From an uncultured Pseudomonadota bacterium (GTDB taxonomy: Bacteria; Pseudomonadota; Gammaproteobacteria; Steroidobacterales; Woeseiaceae), in the NCBI GenBank assembly GCA_963770585.1, contig CAVYQH010000004.1, forward strand, positions 48,453-112,452: a stretch of DNA of 64,000 bases. Direction: 5' to 3'. A model generated the notes under the pieces. It had not been told where the DNA came from and did not search any database. It was given only the letters and a program-made list of their open reading frames with translations. Position numbers and translations under genes: made by a program. How positions within the stretch are numbered: position 1 is the first letter of the stretch; the number at the start of each line of letters is the position of its first letter. This document shows, one piece after another, positions 19,801 through 28,072 of this stretch.

Positions 19801-21810
19801 ATGATGGACCATCCAGGTCAGCAAGATCCCCGATTTTCAAGGGAGCGAGCGCTCCGTATCTCGCTGATCCAGCTTCCGCGCCTTACCAAGCGGCTCATCA
19901 TGTTGGGATCCGACATTGCCGGTGTCCTGGGCTGCTTCGCGCTTTGCCTCTGGCTGAGCCTGATCATTCCCGTGTCGGTCGGCGACCTGGCGCTGCTCGC
20001 AACCGCGACACTCCTCGTGGCGCTGGCCCTGGCCCGGTATCTCGGCTTCTATCATTCCATCGTCCGCTACCTCGGCATCGGGCTGCTCACGGCGGCCGCG
20101 CGGGTAGCTGTCGGCGCTGCGATTGCACTGGCGCTATTTGCCTGGATGTCGGGCATGACCACGCAGCCAGGCCGCTTGGCCGTGGTCTACGCCGCGTATT
20201 GCGGCCTGTACCTCGTCAGCAGCCGCTACCTCGCCCAGTTCTTCCTGGTGCGGCGCTCGTTGGGCAAGAGCAAGGTCATAATCTACGGTGCCGGCGAGGC
20301 CGGTGCGCGGGTAGTACAGGCCATGCAGGGCGCCGCTTCGTACCGCCCGATTGCCTTCATCGACGACAAGCCGGCACTGCAGGGCATCCAGATCGACGGC
20401 TTGACGGTCTATCCGCGTTCCAGTTTGCCGTTCTTGATTAAAAAGTATGACGTCGCGCGCGTGCTGCTCGCGATCCCGAGCGCGTCGCGGCGGGAACGCC
20501 AGGACATCATCGCGGAACTCGAGCAATTGTCGGTGCATGTGCAGACCGTGCCGGATTTCGTCGACCTGATCACCGGCAAAGCACGCGTCGATGACATTCG
20601 CGACGTGGATGTCGAAGACCTGCTGAGCCGGCCGCCGGTGGCACCGAACGAGCATCTCATGGCAGCCACGTTGCTGAACAAGTCGGTCCTCGTGACCGGC
20701 GCCGGCGGTTCCATCGGCTCCGAGCTGTGCCGGCAGATCGTTCGGGTTGGTCCAAGGCGGCTCGTGCTGTTCGAGATTTCCGAGCCGGCGCTGTACGTAA
20801 TCGACCGGGATCTCCGCGCTCTGGCGGCCAAGATCGGCATGCAGTGCGAGATCGTGCCGCTGCTCGGGTCGGTGCAGGACGAACGTCGCGTCAACGAAGT
20901 GATGAGCAGTTTCCATATCGACACGGTGTATCACGCGGCGGCCTACAAGCACGTGCCCATCGTGGAGCAGAACATCATCGAGGGCGCCTGCAACAACGTG
21001 CTGGGCACGGTGACCACCGCGGCAGCGGCCATCGCCAACCGCGTCAAGACTTTTGTCCTGGTATCCACCGACAAGGCCGTCAGCCCCACGAACGTCATGG
21101 GCGCCACGAAACGCTTTGCCGAACAGATCCTGCAGTCGATGCAAAAGCCCTCGCACTCCACCTGCTTCTCCATGGTGCGCTTCGGCAACGTTCTGGAATC
21201 GTCCGGCTCGGTCGTGCCCCTGTTCCGCGAACAGATTCGGCACGGTGGCCCGGTCACGGTGACCCACCCGGAAATCATTCGCTATTTCATGACCATCCCC
21301 GAGGCGGCGCAGCTCGTCATCCAGGCCGGCGCCATGGCCCGCGGCGGCGACGTCTTCGTGCTGGACATGGGCGAGCCTGTGAAGATCAAGGACCTCGCCG
21401 CGCGCATGATCAATCTGACGGGACTCACGGTGCGCAACGCGGACAACCCGGACGGTGACATCGAGATCCAGTTCACGGGGCTCAGGCCCGCCGAAAAGCT
21501 CTACGAGGAGTTGCTGATCGGCGAGAACGTATCCGGCACCCGGCACCCGCGCATCATGCGGGCCGAAGAGGACTTCATACCGGAGGAGGCTTTAAAGCCC
21601 CTGCTCGGCGACCTCGTGCTGGCCGCCCACCAGCTCGATCGCGAACGCATGCGCAATATCCTGCGCGACACTGTGAAGGAATATCGGCCGACCAACGACA
21701 TCGGCGACCTGATCTGGGGCCAGCGCCGGACGCAGAAGGCGGGCGCCGAAGACAATGTCGTGGAACTCAAGACCGTCGCCAGGCCCGACCGGGGTTCTTC
21801 CGTAGCTTAG
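19801..21810 (+). CDS. membrane-bound UDP-HexNAc 4,6-dehydratase (CapD/WbpM/PglF family)
   Basis: Four N-terminal TM helices, IIYGAGEAG and VTGAGGSIGSEL Rossmann motifs, HAAAYKHVPIVE, VLVSTDKAV. 669 aa. Confidence 0.9.
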   Translation: MMDHPGQQDPRFSRERALRISLIQLPRLTKRLIMLGSDIAGVLGCFALCLWLSLIIPVSVGDLALLATATLLVALALARYLGFYHSIVRYLGIGLLTAAARVAVGAAIALALFAWMSGMTTQPGRLAVVYAAYCGLYLVSSRYLAQFFLVRRSLGKSKVIIYGAGEAGARVVQAMQGAASYRPIAFIDDKPALQGIQIDGLTVYPRSSLPFLIKKYDVARVLLAIPSASRRERQDIIAELEQLSVHVQTVPDFVDLITGKARVDDIRDVDVEDLLSRPPVAPNEHLMAATLLNKSVLVTGAGGSIGSELCRQIVRVGPRRLVLFEISEPALYVIDRDLRALAAKIGMQCEIVPLLGSVQDERRVNEVMSSFHIDTVYHAAAYKHVPIVEQNIIEGACNNVLGTVTTAAAAIANRVKTFVLVSTDKAVSPTNVMGATKRFAEQILQSMQKPSHSTCFSMVRFGNVLESSGSVVPLFREQIRHGGPVTVTHPEIIRYFMTIPEAAQLVIQAGAMARGGDVFVLDMGEPVKIKDLAARMINLTGLTVRNADNPDGDIEIQFTGLRPAEKLYEELLIGENVSGTRHPRIMRAEEDFIPEEALKPLLGDLVLAAHQLDRERMRNILRDTVKEYRPTNDIGDLIWGQRRTQKAGAEDNVVELKTVARPDRGSSVA

Positions 21811-21816
21811 GGATAA

Positions 21817-21866
21817 GGGGTCAGAGTACATTTTTGCCGAATACGGCAAAAATGTACTCTGACCCC
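21817..21866. terminator. perfect 23-bp-stem hairpin between convergent genes
   Basis: GGGGTCAGAGTACATTTTTGCCG - AATA - CGGCAAAAATGTACTCTGACCCC. Lies 7 nt after the dehydratase stop and 27 nt after the mqsA stop. The flanks extend the pairing with one bulge. Confidence 0.55.
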
Positions 21867-21893
21867 CTTATTCCGACAGGCACTCCCGAGTAA

Positions 21894-22295
21894 CTACGCC
21901 ACTCGGATTTCGTTGAGCAGTTCCGGGTGACGGTCCAGCACTTTAAGCAGTTTGACCAACGCCAGCGGCGGCCTGGTCTTTCCGTTCTCGTACCGTGAGA
22001 ACGCATTGACACCCCCACCGAAAATCTCGGCAGCCTCGCGCTGGTCCAACGCGAGCTTCTTGCGCACGCGGGCAATGAAGTCAGGATCGATAATCGCCGC
22101 GTTCACTTGCTTGTTGAATGCCAGCATGGCCGCGCTGACGCGCGACGATTCGGCGGCATCAAGCATGCTCTCGCCGCAGGCCGGACAGAAGTCGCCAACC
22201 ACGGCCGGAATGGAGGTCGTTTCGCCCTTGTAGGTGTACGGCATGTCGCGGGTGTCATGCACGAGTTCCGCAGCCCCGCAGGCTGGACACTTCAT
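21894..22295 (-). CDS. mqsA: MqsA-type antitoxin (Zn-finger + HTH-XRE)
   Basis: MKCPACG...CPACGE zinc ribbon. C-terminal HTH: LDQREAAEIFGGGVNAFSRYENGKTRP. Lies immediately downstream of mqsR. Confidence 0.9.
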   Translation of the reverse strand: MKCPACGAAELVHDTRDMPYTYKGETTSIPAVVGDFCPACGESMLDAAESSRVSAAMLAFNKQVNAAIIDPDFIARVRKKLALDQREAAEIFGGGVNAFSRYENGKTRPPLALVKLLKVLDRHPELLNEIRVA

Positions 22296-22297
22296 GT

Positions 22298-22594
22298 TTA
22301 TAGCTCCTTGAAGGACACGATCAGCACATCGTCGATGACTGTCAGTTTCAGGTAGACCTCGCCGACCGCCGTCATGGGGCGGTACACGTCCTGCCAGATG
22401 CGGTGGTCGGCGTGCGTGGTCATGCTCTTGTGGAAATCCTTGGGCGTCAGCGCCTTAACGACGCCGACAATCCCCTCGAAGTCCAGACCAAGGGCCGCAC
22501 CACCGGCCAGTGCCGCAAACGTGGCTCTGACCTTGCCGGCGTCGACCAGCGCCTTGACCACCGACAGCTTGCGGTGAGGTGTCCACTTCTCCAT
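22298..22594 (-). CDS. mqsR: MqsR-type toxin (mRNA interferase)
   Basis: 98 aa. Matches my recollection of E. coli MqsR along the whole length (MEK.TPH..L..VK.LV.AG.VR.T..A.., LGLDF.G.., DF.KSMTT..DH.IWQDVYRP...G.VYLK.TVI.DVLIVSFKE). The toxin-first gene order is typical of mqsRA. Confidence 0.9.
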   Translation of the reverse strand: MEKWTPHRKLSVVKALVDAGKVRATFAALAGGAALGLDFEGIVGVVKALTPKDFHKSMTTHADHRIWQDVYRPMTAVGEVYLKLTVIDDVLIVSFKEL

Positions 22595-22602
22595 GTCGAA
22601 GA

Positions 22603-22617
22603 TAACCTAGGAGGTTA
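22603..22617. promoter_or_regulatory. candidate MqsA operator palindrome
   Basis: TAACCT-AGG-AGGTTA sits 9 nt upstream of the mqsR start. It fits the ACCT(N2-4)AGGT palindrome bound by E. coli MqsA. A further AGGTTA half-site lies at 22631-22636. Confidence 0.5.
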
Positions 22618-22832
22618 TTATTTGGCAAGTAGGTTAGTCCGTTGCGCCGGCGGGTCCCGGGCCGTCCTCCGCATGGACATATCCATAAACATGGTGGCGG
22701 TCTTGTGCGCGGTCAGCACCATGCCGAATTTCACGGACATCCTCGAATTGGCGATGTCGGTCGCTGACCGATAGTGGATGCCGTGCGTCCCCTACGTGGG
22801 GCACTCTAACGGGCGCGACCTTTCATTTGAGA

Positions 22833-23015
22833 TCAAATAGGCCGTCGTTCTTTGAGCGTATGACCGTCGTCTGGATTGCCCGGCATCGATTGTGCGCCAA
22901 CCAACAGGTTGGAGCGGTTGCTGGTGGCAATACTGACTTTGACGCCGAACTGATAGCGCTTGGACACCTTGCCCTTGCAATGCGTTTTATCGTAGGAAGG
23001 TGAGAGTCCAAACAA
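22833..23015 (-). mobile_element. IS5-family transposase fragment (remnant)
   Basis: The 60-aa ORF contains ..KRYQFGVKVSIATSN....LVGAQSMPGNPDDGHTL, matching the K.YEFG.KVS.A / GNPYDGHTL core of IS5-group transposases. No intact ends or full-length ORF. Confidence 0.55.
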
Positions 23016-23018
23016 GAC

Positions 23019-23306
23019 CTAGAACGCGTCGCCCAAGCTTTGATGCTTCAAAATACGTACTATCTCCACACCGTTTTCGGCGACACGGTAATAGATCGAA
23101 TGTACACCGCATACGCTCCGGCGGTCGCCTGGTCGAATATGGTCAACGTCGGGATATCGTTGCGGCTGCTCTGCCAAGATCGAAAAACGTTTCTTGAGTT
23201 GCTCGCGGTATCGATCCGACCGGGCAATCCCGAAATGCTCGTCGCCGTATCTCGCGATGGCAATCAAATCGTCTTTGGCGCGCTGAGCTAACCGATACCT
23301 ACGCAC
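23019..23306 (-). CDS. parE: ParE/RelE-family toxin
   Basis: YRLAQRAKDDLIAIARYGDEHFGIARSDRYREQLKKRFSILAEQP..G..R.....HSIYYRV..NGVEIVRILH. Start moved to GTG 23306, which overlaps the parD stop by 8 nt. Confidence 0.8.
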   Translation of the reverse strand: MRRYRLAQRAKDDLIAIARYGDEHFGIARSDRYREQLKKRFSILAEQPQRYPDVDHIRPGDRRSVCGVHSIYYRVAENGVEIVRILKHQSLGDAF

Positions 23307-23565
23307 CCTTCGCTCGGTGACTTTGCCGAGCTTCTTCCCATATTTCGTCGACGCTGCGATCACTGAATCCGCTTTTCTCGCCTTCTATCAACGCGGCCCG
23401 GATAGCCTCAATCTCGCCAGGAGTTTCCAGTTCGCGAAGTTGCCGCTCCCGAATCAACTCGCGAACGACTTCGCTTTCGTTGCCGTAATGCCCAGACTTG
23501 ATCTGCGCCTTGATCCAACTGTCTTGCTGGTCAGTTAGGGAAATACTTTTCTTCACCATCGGCAC
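23299..23565 (-). CDS. parD: ParD-type (RHH) antitoxin
   Basis: KKSISLTDQQDSWIKAQIKSGHYGNESEVVRELIRERQ..EIEAIRAALIEGEKSG is typical of the ParD1/3/4 family. Confidence 0.85.
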   Translation of the reverse strand: MPMVKKSISLTDQQDSWIKAQIKSGHYGNESEVVRELIRERQLRELETPGEIEAIRAALIEGEKSGFSDRSVDEIWEEARQSHRAKGA

Positions 23566-23673
23566 CGGTCGTCCTCCCTAAGAGCAACTGTGACTTCCCT
23601 ACTTGGTAGTATATTCTACTACCCATCGTCCGAACAAGCTCACTCCCTAAGATCGATCCTCGGTCGAGCGCGC

Positions 23674-23876
23674 GTTGGAGCGCGCCATGCGCGCGACCAG
23701 GTCGCACCTGTGAGGCGCTCCAACTCAGTGACGTCGTGCCTGTTGGAGCGCGCCATGCGCGCGACCTTTCGCGTGAAAGCGGTCGCGCCTATGAGGCGCT
23801 CCAACAGCCTTGAAGGTCGCGGCCGAGGGGCGCTCCTGCGGGCGATGTTAGAGTCGCGCTTATGAGGCGCTCCAAC
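23674..23876. repeat. REP-like repeat block (6 copies)
   Basis: Units at 23674-97 (fwd), 23701-24 (rev), 23742-65 (fwd), 23782-805 (rev), 23816-39 (rev, degenerate) and 23853-76 (rev). Forward form GTTGGAGCGCGCCATGCGCGCGAC; reverse form GTCGCGCCTATGAGGCGCTCCAAC. Confidence 0.85.
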
Positions 23877-23887
23877 AGCAGGCATGA

Positions 23888-25564
23888 ATGCTCGCCCGCC
23901 ATTTCCTGGATCTGATCTGGCACGATGAGGCCCTGCGGCGCAGGGCGACCATCTGCGTCGCGCTCGCACTCGTCGCGGCCGGCAGCGAGATCGCCGTCGC
24001 GCTCGCTTTCCTCCCCATCCTGGCTTCGCTCGGCGTAGACGCCGGCGAGGAGTTGGGGAATTTCATCGACAAGTTGTCGCCGGCTGGCTGGCTGGTCCTG
24101 TTCGCCGCGGCTGCGTTCGTCCGCTCGTTCGTGAACTGGCAGTCCTCCGTCCAGGACGAGCGCGGCTTTCACGAGCTCACGGTCGCACTGCAAAGCCGGC
24201 TTTACCGGGCGCTTTCCCGCGCGCACTGGGACGCGGTACGCCGCATCTCGCCGCCAACGCTGACCAATGCGCTGCAAACGCAGGCGTACTCCGCGGGCGA
24301 CGGCTTCAGTTCCCTCGTGCTGATGACGACGGATGTCCTGCTGGTCATCGGCTACCTCATCTCGGCCGCTTTCGTCTTCCCCCTCGCAGTGCCGCTGGTG
24401 CTGTTGATGGTCGTCGTCATGTGGCGGCTCAACAAGGGCAGCTCCGGGCGGGTATACGAACATGCCGAGGATTTCTACGCGGCCCAGGAGGACCTCCACC
24501 AGCGCTACGAAGACTGGGTGGCGATCAGCCGCATTGCGTCGTTCGGCATGGATACGTCGAAACTCGCCAACCGCTTCGAGAACGATGCGCGCCAGGCGGC
24601 CGGCCATGCCGTGAAAATCTCCCGCTCCTTTGCCTTTACCCGGATCACGTACGACGCGGCCGCCGCCATCGCGATACTCGCCGGCGTGCCCATCGCCTGG
24701 AAGCTCGGAACACCACCGGCTTTGCTGGCCTTCGGCCTGGTGTTGCTCGTGCGGGTCCTGCCACGCATCGTCAGCATTCACTCCAACTACCAAGGCGTGA
24801 TTCGCTCCGTCGCGCCCGTACGCGCGATCACGGACCTTGCCGAACAGCTCGAACGCGACCCGGCGGTGCATGCGCCGACAACCGAGCGGCTAGCGTGGCA
24901 GTCGCTCGAACTCACCGACGTGGGAGTCGAGGACACGCTGCGCGACTCGGGCCGGCACTGGATACTGCACGACATCAGTCTCGAAGTGCGCCACGGCGAG
25001 TGGATCGCACTGAGCGGGCCGACCGGCGCCGGCAAGACGACTTTGGCCGACGTCATGCTGACGCTCGTGCGGCCCGATGCGGGGCATTTGCGCATCGACG
25101 GCCGCGACGTCGACGCCGAACTCGCGAGCCACTGGCGCAACCAGGCGGCCTACGTGCCGCAGGACGTCGTGCTGTTCGATGCATCGATCCGCGACAACCT
25201 GAAACTCTACGTGCCCGACGCGACCGACGCCGACCTCGAGGTGGCGCTCAGGCAATCGGCGGCCGAGTTCGTGTTCGAGCGCCTGCCGGAGGGGCTGGCT
25301 ACGCAGGCGGGCCCGGGCGGGCGCTGGCTATCCGGCGGCGAGCGCCAGCGGATCGGCATTGCACGCGCGCTGCTCAGGAAACCCGGCTTCCTCGTGCTCG
25401 ACGAGCCCACCGCCGCACTCGACTCGGCGACCCAAACGAATCTGATGCACGCACTCGCGGGCCTTGAGCAAACGATGAGCGTCGTGCTGATCACGCACCG
25501 GCACGAGCTTCTCGAACTCGCCGATCGCGTCATGAACATCGAGGACGGAACGATCAGCCGCTGA
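23888..25564 (+). CDS. ABC transporter, fused permease/ATPase (lasso-peptide exporter type)
   Basis: Six-TM N-domain. Walker A GPTGAGKTT, signature LSGGERQRIGIARAL, Walker B FLVLDEPTAALD. 558 aa, adjacent to lasso genes. Confidence 0.85.
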   Translation: MLARHFLDLIWHDEALRRRATICVALALVAAGSEIAVALAFLPILASLGVDAGEELGNFIDKLSPAGWLVLFAAAAFVRSFVNWQSSVQDERGFHELTVALQSRLYRALSRAHWDAVRRISPPTLTNALQTQAYSAGDGFSSLVLMTTDVLLVIGYLISAAFVFPLAVPLVLLMVVVMWRLNKGSSGRVYEHAEDFYAAQEDLHQRYEDWVAISRIASFGMDTSKLANRFENDARQAAGHAVKISRSFAFTRITYDAAAAIAILAGVPIAWKLGTPPALLAFGLVLLVRVLPRIVSIHSNYQGVIRSVAPVRAITDLAEQLERDPAVHAPTTERLAWQSLELTDVGVEDTLRDSGRHWILHDISLEVRHGEWIALSGPTGAGKTTLADVMLTLVRPDAGHLRIDGRDVDAELASHWRNQAAYVPQDVVLFDASIRDNLKLYVPDATDADLEVALRQSAAEFVFERLPEGLATQAGPGGRWLSGGERQRIGIARALLRKPGFLVLDEPTAALDSATQTNLMHALAGLEQTMSVVLITHRHELLELADRVMNIEDGTISR

Positions 25565-26021
25565 AGCGGTGGATCTCGGTATATCGGCCCAGGTGTTCGC
25601 CGCCGATCACCATCGCATCGCCGCAGGTCAGCCAGGCATGACCGGCCAGCGCGTCGTCCCCGGGCCGCTCGACGCCCAGGTGAATCGTCGGGAAGTGGCC
25701 GTAGCTTTTCAGCAGCGCTCGCGCCGCGATCGCCTTCGGCAGGCACGTCGAGCGCCAGGGCACATTGGCGGCGGCCGTGGTCACGGCGAACGCGATTCGC
25801 TTGAGCAGCTCGGGATCGTGATTGCCATCACCCTCTTTGCCGCCGTCCGACAAGCGGGCCGCAAGGCGTTCGAAAGGCATGGTCGAAAGCTGCACACGCG
25901 CAATAGCCAGTGCGGTGATCGCACGCAGGAACAGCCACTTGTCTGACGTGCGCAAGTCGCCGAAACGCCGCAGTTTCCTTTGCCAGTGCGAGGTCCGCAT
26001 GGCCGGATTATGCGCCCGCAA
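25554..26021 (-). CDS. lasso peptide biosynthesis B2 protein (transglutaminase-like Cys protease)
   Basis: WRSTCLPKAIAARALLKSYGHFPTIHLGV......LAGHAWLTCGD.VIGG shows the Cys and His of the catalytic triad in the usual B2 context. Alternative start at ATG 26000. Confidence 0.85.
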   Translation of the reverse strand: MRAHNPAMRTSHWQRKLRRFGDLRTSDKWLFLRAITALAIARVQLSTMPFERLAARLSDGGKEGDGNHDPELLKRIAFAVTTAAANVPWRSTCLPKAIAARALLKSYGHFPTIHLGVERPGDDALAGHAWLTCGDAMVIGGEHLGRYTEIHRFSG

Positions 26022-26035
26022 GGCATAATCCGGCC

Positions 26036-27179
26036 ATGAGTGAATCCCTCGACGAGCACTACGGGTATCTCGCCGATCGCGTGAAACTCGAGCGCTACCG
26101 GGCAGCGATCGAACGCCTCGTGCAGCCCGGGCACGTCGTGATGGACCTCGGTTGCGGCAGCGGGGTGTTGGGCCTGATGGCGTTGCGCGCAGGCGCGGGC
26201 AAAGTCCTGTTCGTCGACCAGAGCGCCATCATCGAGGTCGCGCGGCAGACGACTGCCCGGGCGGGCTTTGCCGGGCGTGCCGAGTTCTTCCTCGCGAACT
26301 CGTTCGAGCTCGACCTGCGAGAGCGCGCCGATATCATCGTTTGCGATCACGTCGGCTACTTCGGTTTCGACTACAGCATTCTCGCCCTGCTCGCCGATGC
26401 GCGGCAGCGTTTCCTGAAGCCCGGCGGCATCCTGGTACCCGCCGCCGTCGACCTCGCGCTCGCGCCGGTCGAGGCCGAAAGCGGCCGCGAACTCGTGGCG
26501 CGCTGGCGCAATGGCGCCGTGCCGGACGACTACGCCTGGGTCGGTGCATCGGCCGCCAATACGAAGCACGCCATCGAAGCAACGGCAGAGAACCTGCTTG
26601 CCGATGCGGCGACGCTTGCGACACTCGAACCCGGCGCGGGTGTCGCCGAATACTCTGAGCTGGCAGGCGGATTTCACGTGTACGCGCAGCGGCACCCTCG
26701 ACGGCCTGCTCGGCTGGTTCGACGCGCGGCTTTGCGACGACATTCGCATGAGCAATTCGCCGCTGTCGGCGGACAAGCTCGAGCGCCCGCAGGCGTTCCT
26801 GCCGCTGCTCGAAATGTACTCTGACCCCATTATTGTTCGCGAAGGGGAGCCGATTCGCGCCACGGTCATGGTGCGCCATGACGACCACATTCTTGCCTGG
26901 ACCGTCGAACTGCCGGAACAGGACCGGCGCTTTTCCCTGACGACGTTCAACGGCCTGTTGCTCGACGACGAGGCGCTCAAGCGCAGCCGGCCGGATCGCA
27001 TCGCCCGGCTCAACGAGCGCGGCCGGGCACAGCAGGTTGTGCTGTCCTACTGCGACGGGACGCGAACCGTCGCCGAAGTCGAGGCACTCGTTCGCAAGGA
27101 GCACCCGGACCTGTTCCCCTCGGCCCGGGCCGCCGAGAAGCTCGTAAGAAGCGTGCTGGCGTGGAGCACCGGCGAATGA
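26036..27179 (+). pseudogene. class I methyltransferase (PRMT-like layout) with C-terminal PqqD-like domain; one frame switch near 26650
   Basis: Frame 2: VVMDLGCGSGVLGLMALRAGAGKVLFVDQS.., ADIIVCDHVGYFG.., FLKPGGILVP. Frame 0 continues with TLSWQADFTCTRSGTLDGLLGWFDARL..NSPL... The tail LNERGRAQQVVLSYCDGTRTVAEVEALVRKEHPDLFPSARAAEKLVRSVLA resembles a PqqD/RRE domain. Confidence 0.65.
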
Positions 27180-28039
27180 CTTACCATTCGGTGGGCTACT
27201 CGGTGGCGCCCGATCGGCCGCAGCAACGCATAGCGACGAAGCCCTTTCACCGCTATACGCACCAGGACGGCACGGTCTGGACCGAGTTCTATCGCTCGGA
27301 ACAAGGCTACCTGTTGCGCTTTCCCGAGCTTGCCGACTTCGAGGTATCGGCGAGCGGCGACACGGTCATTGCCTACCCGGCCACCGGCACCGACGCGGCA
27401 ACGGTCGAGCATCTCTACATCAACCAGCTCGTGCCCCTCGCGTTGAGCCGCCAGGGTCGACCGGCTTTTCACGCGAGCGTCGTTACGGTGCCCGGCGGCG
27501 CTGTCGCCTTTCTCGGCAAGACCGGCATGGGCAAGTCCACGCTCGCGGCATCCTTCGCCCTCGAGGATGCGACGTTCCTGACCGACGACGCACTGCTGAT
27601 CGACGAAAGCAGCGGCATACGCGCGATGCCGAGCCACGCCTCGTTGCGCCTCTGGGAAGACAGCATCGAAGCGCTGATACCCGAAGACACGCCCAAGGCC
27701 GGGGCAATCAGTTACTCGAGCAAAGCGCGTTTACTCGCCGGCGACGCCTTGCGCTACACGAACGAGCCCGTGGCATTGCTCGCGGCGTTCGAACTCCAGT
27801 GGCAGGACATCGACGACATCAGGATCCAGCCGCTCGAAGGTTCCGAACGGCACATGGCCTGGATCGAAAACTCGTTCCTGCTCGACATCGAGGACAAGGA
27901 TCTATTGGCGCGGCATTTCGACTGGACGTACCGGGTCGCCGATCGCGTGCCGACGTTCCGGCTGGACTATCCGCGCGACTATGGCATGCTCGCCAGGGTT
28001 CGCGATGCCGTGCGTCGGCAAGTCGCGAAACCCGGATAA
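27161..28039 (+). CDS. HprK-related kinase (lasso-cluster type)
   Basis: AFHASVVTVPGGAVAFLGKTGMGKSTLAASFALEDATFLTDDALLID matches the HPr-kinase C-domain P-loop context (G.SG.GKST.A..L......L..DD). ATG 27176 (ATGA overlap with the upstream stop) is an alternative start. Confidence 0.75.
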   Translation: MEHRRMTYHSVGYSVAPDRPQQRIATKPFHRYTHQDGTVWTEFYRSEQGYLLRFPELADFEVSASGDTVIAYPATGTDAATVEHLYINQLVPLALSRQGRPAFHASVVTVPGGAVAFLGKTGMGKSTLAASFALEDATFLTDDALLIDESSGIRAMPSHASLRLWEDSIEALIPEDTPKAGAISYSSKARLLAGDALRYTNEPVALLAAFELQWQDIDDIRIQPLEGSERHMAWIENSFLLDIEDKDLLARHFDWTYRVADRVPTFRLDYPRDYGMLARVRDAVRRQVAKPG

Positions 28040-28072
28040 TCTGTTTCGATAAACAAGAAGTCTGGAAAACCA

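Noticed and set aside
20134-21546. 470-aa ORF antisense to the CapD/PglF-type dehydratase
   Set aside because: The dehydratase frame carries all family motifs. The antisense frame is a compositional artefact.
23674-23876. Possible CRISPR array (regularly spaced 24-nt repeats here and at 38895-39086)
   Set aside because: Repeat units alternate in orientation and spacers are irregular (3-45 nt). Copies are scattered singly elsewhere and no cas genes are present. This is REP/BIME-like, not CRISPR.
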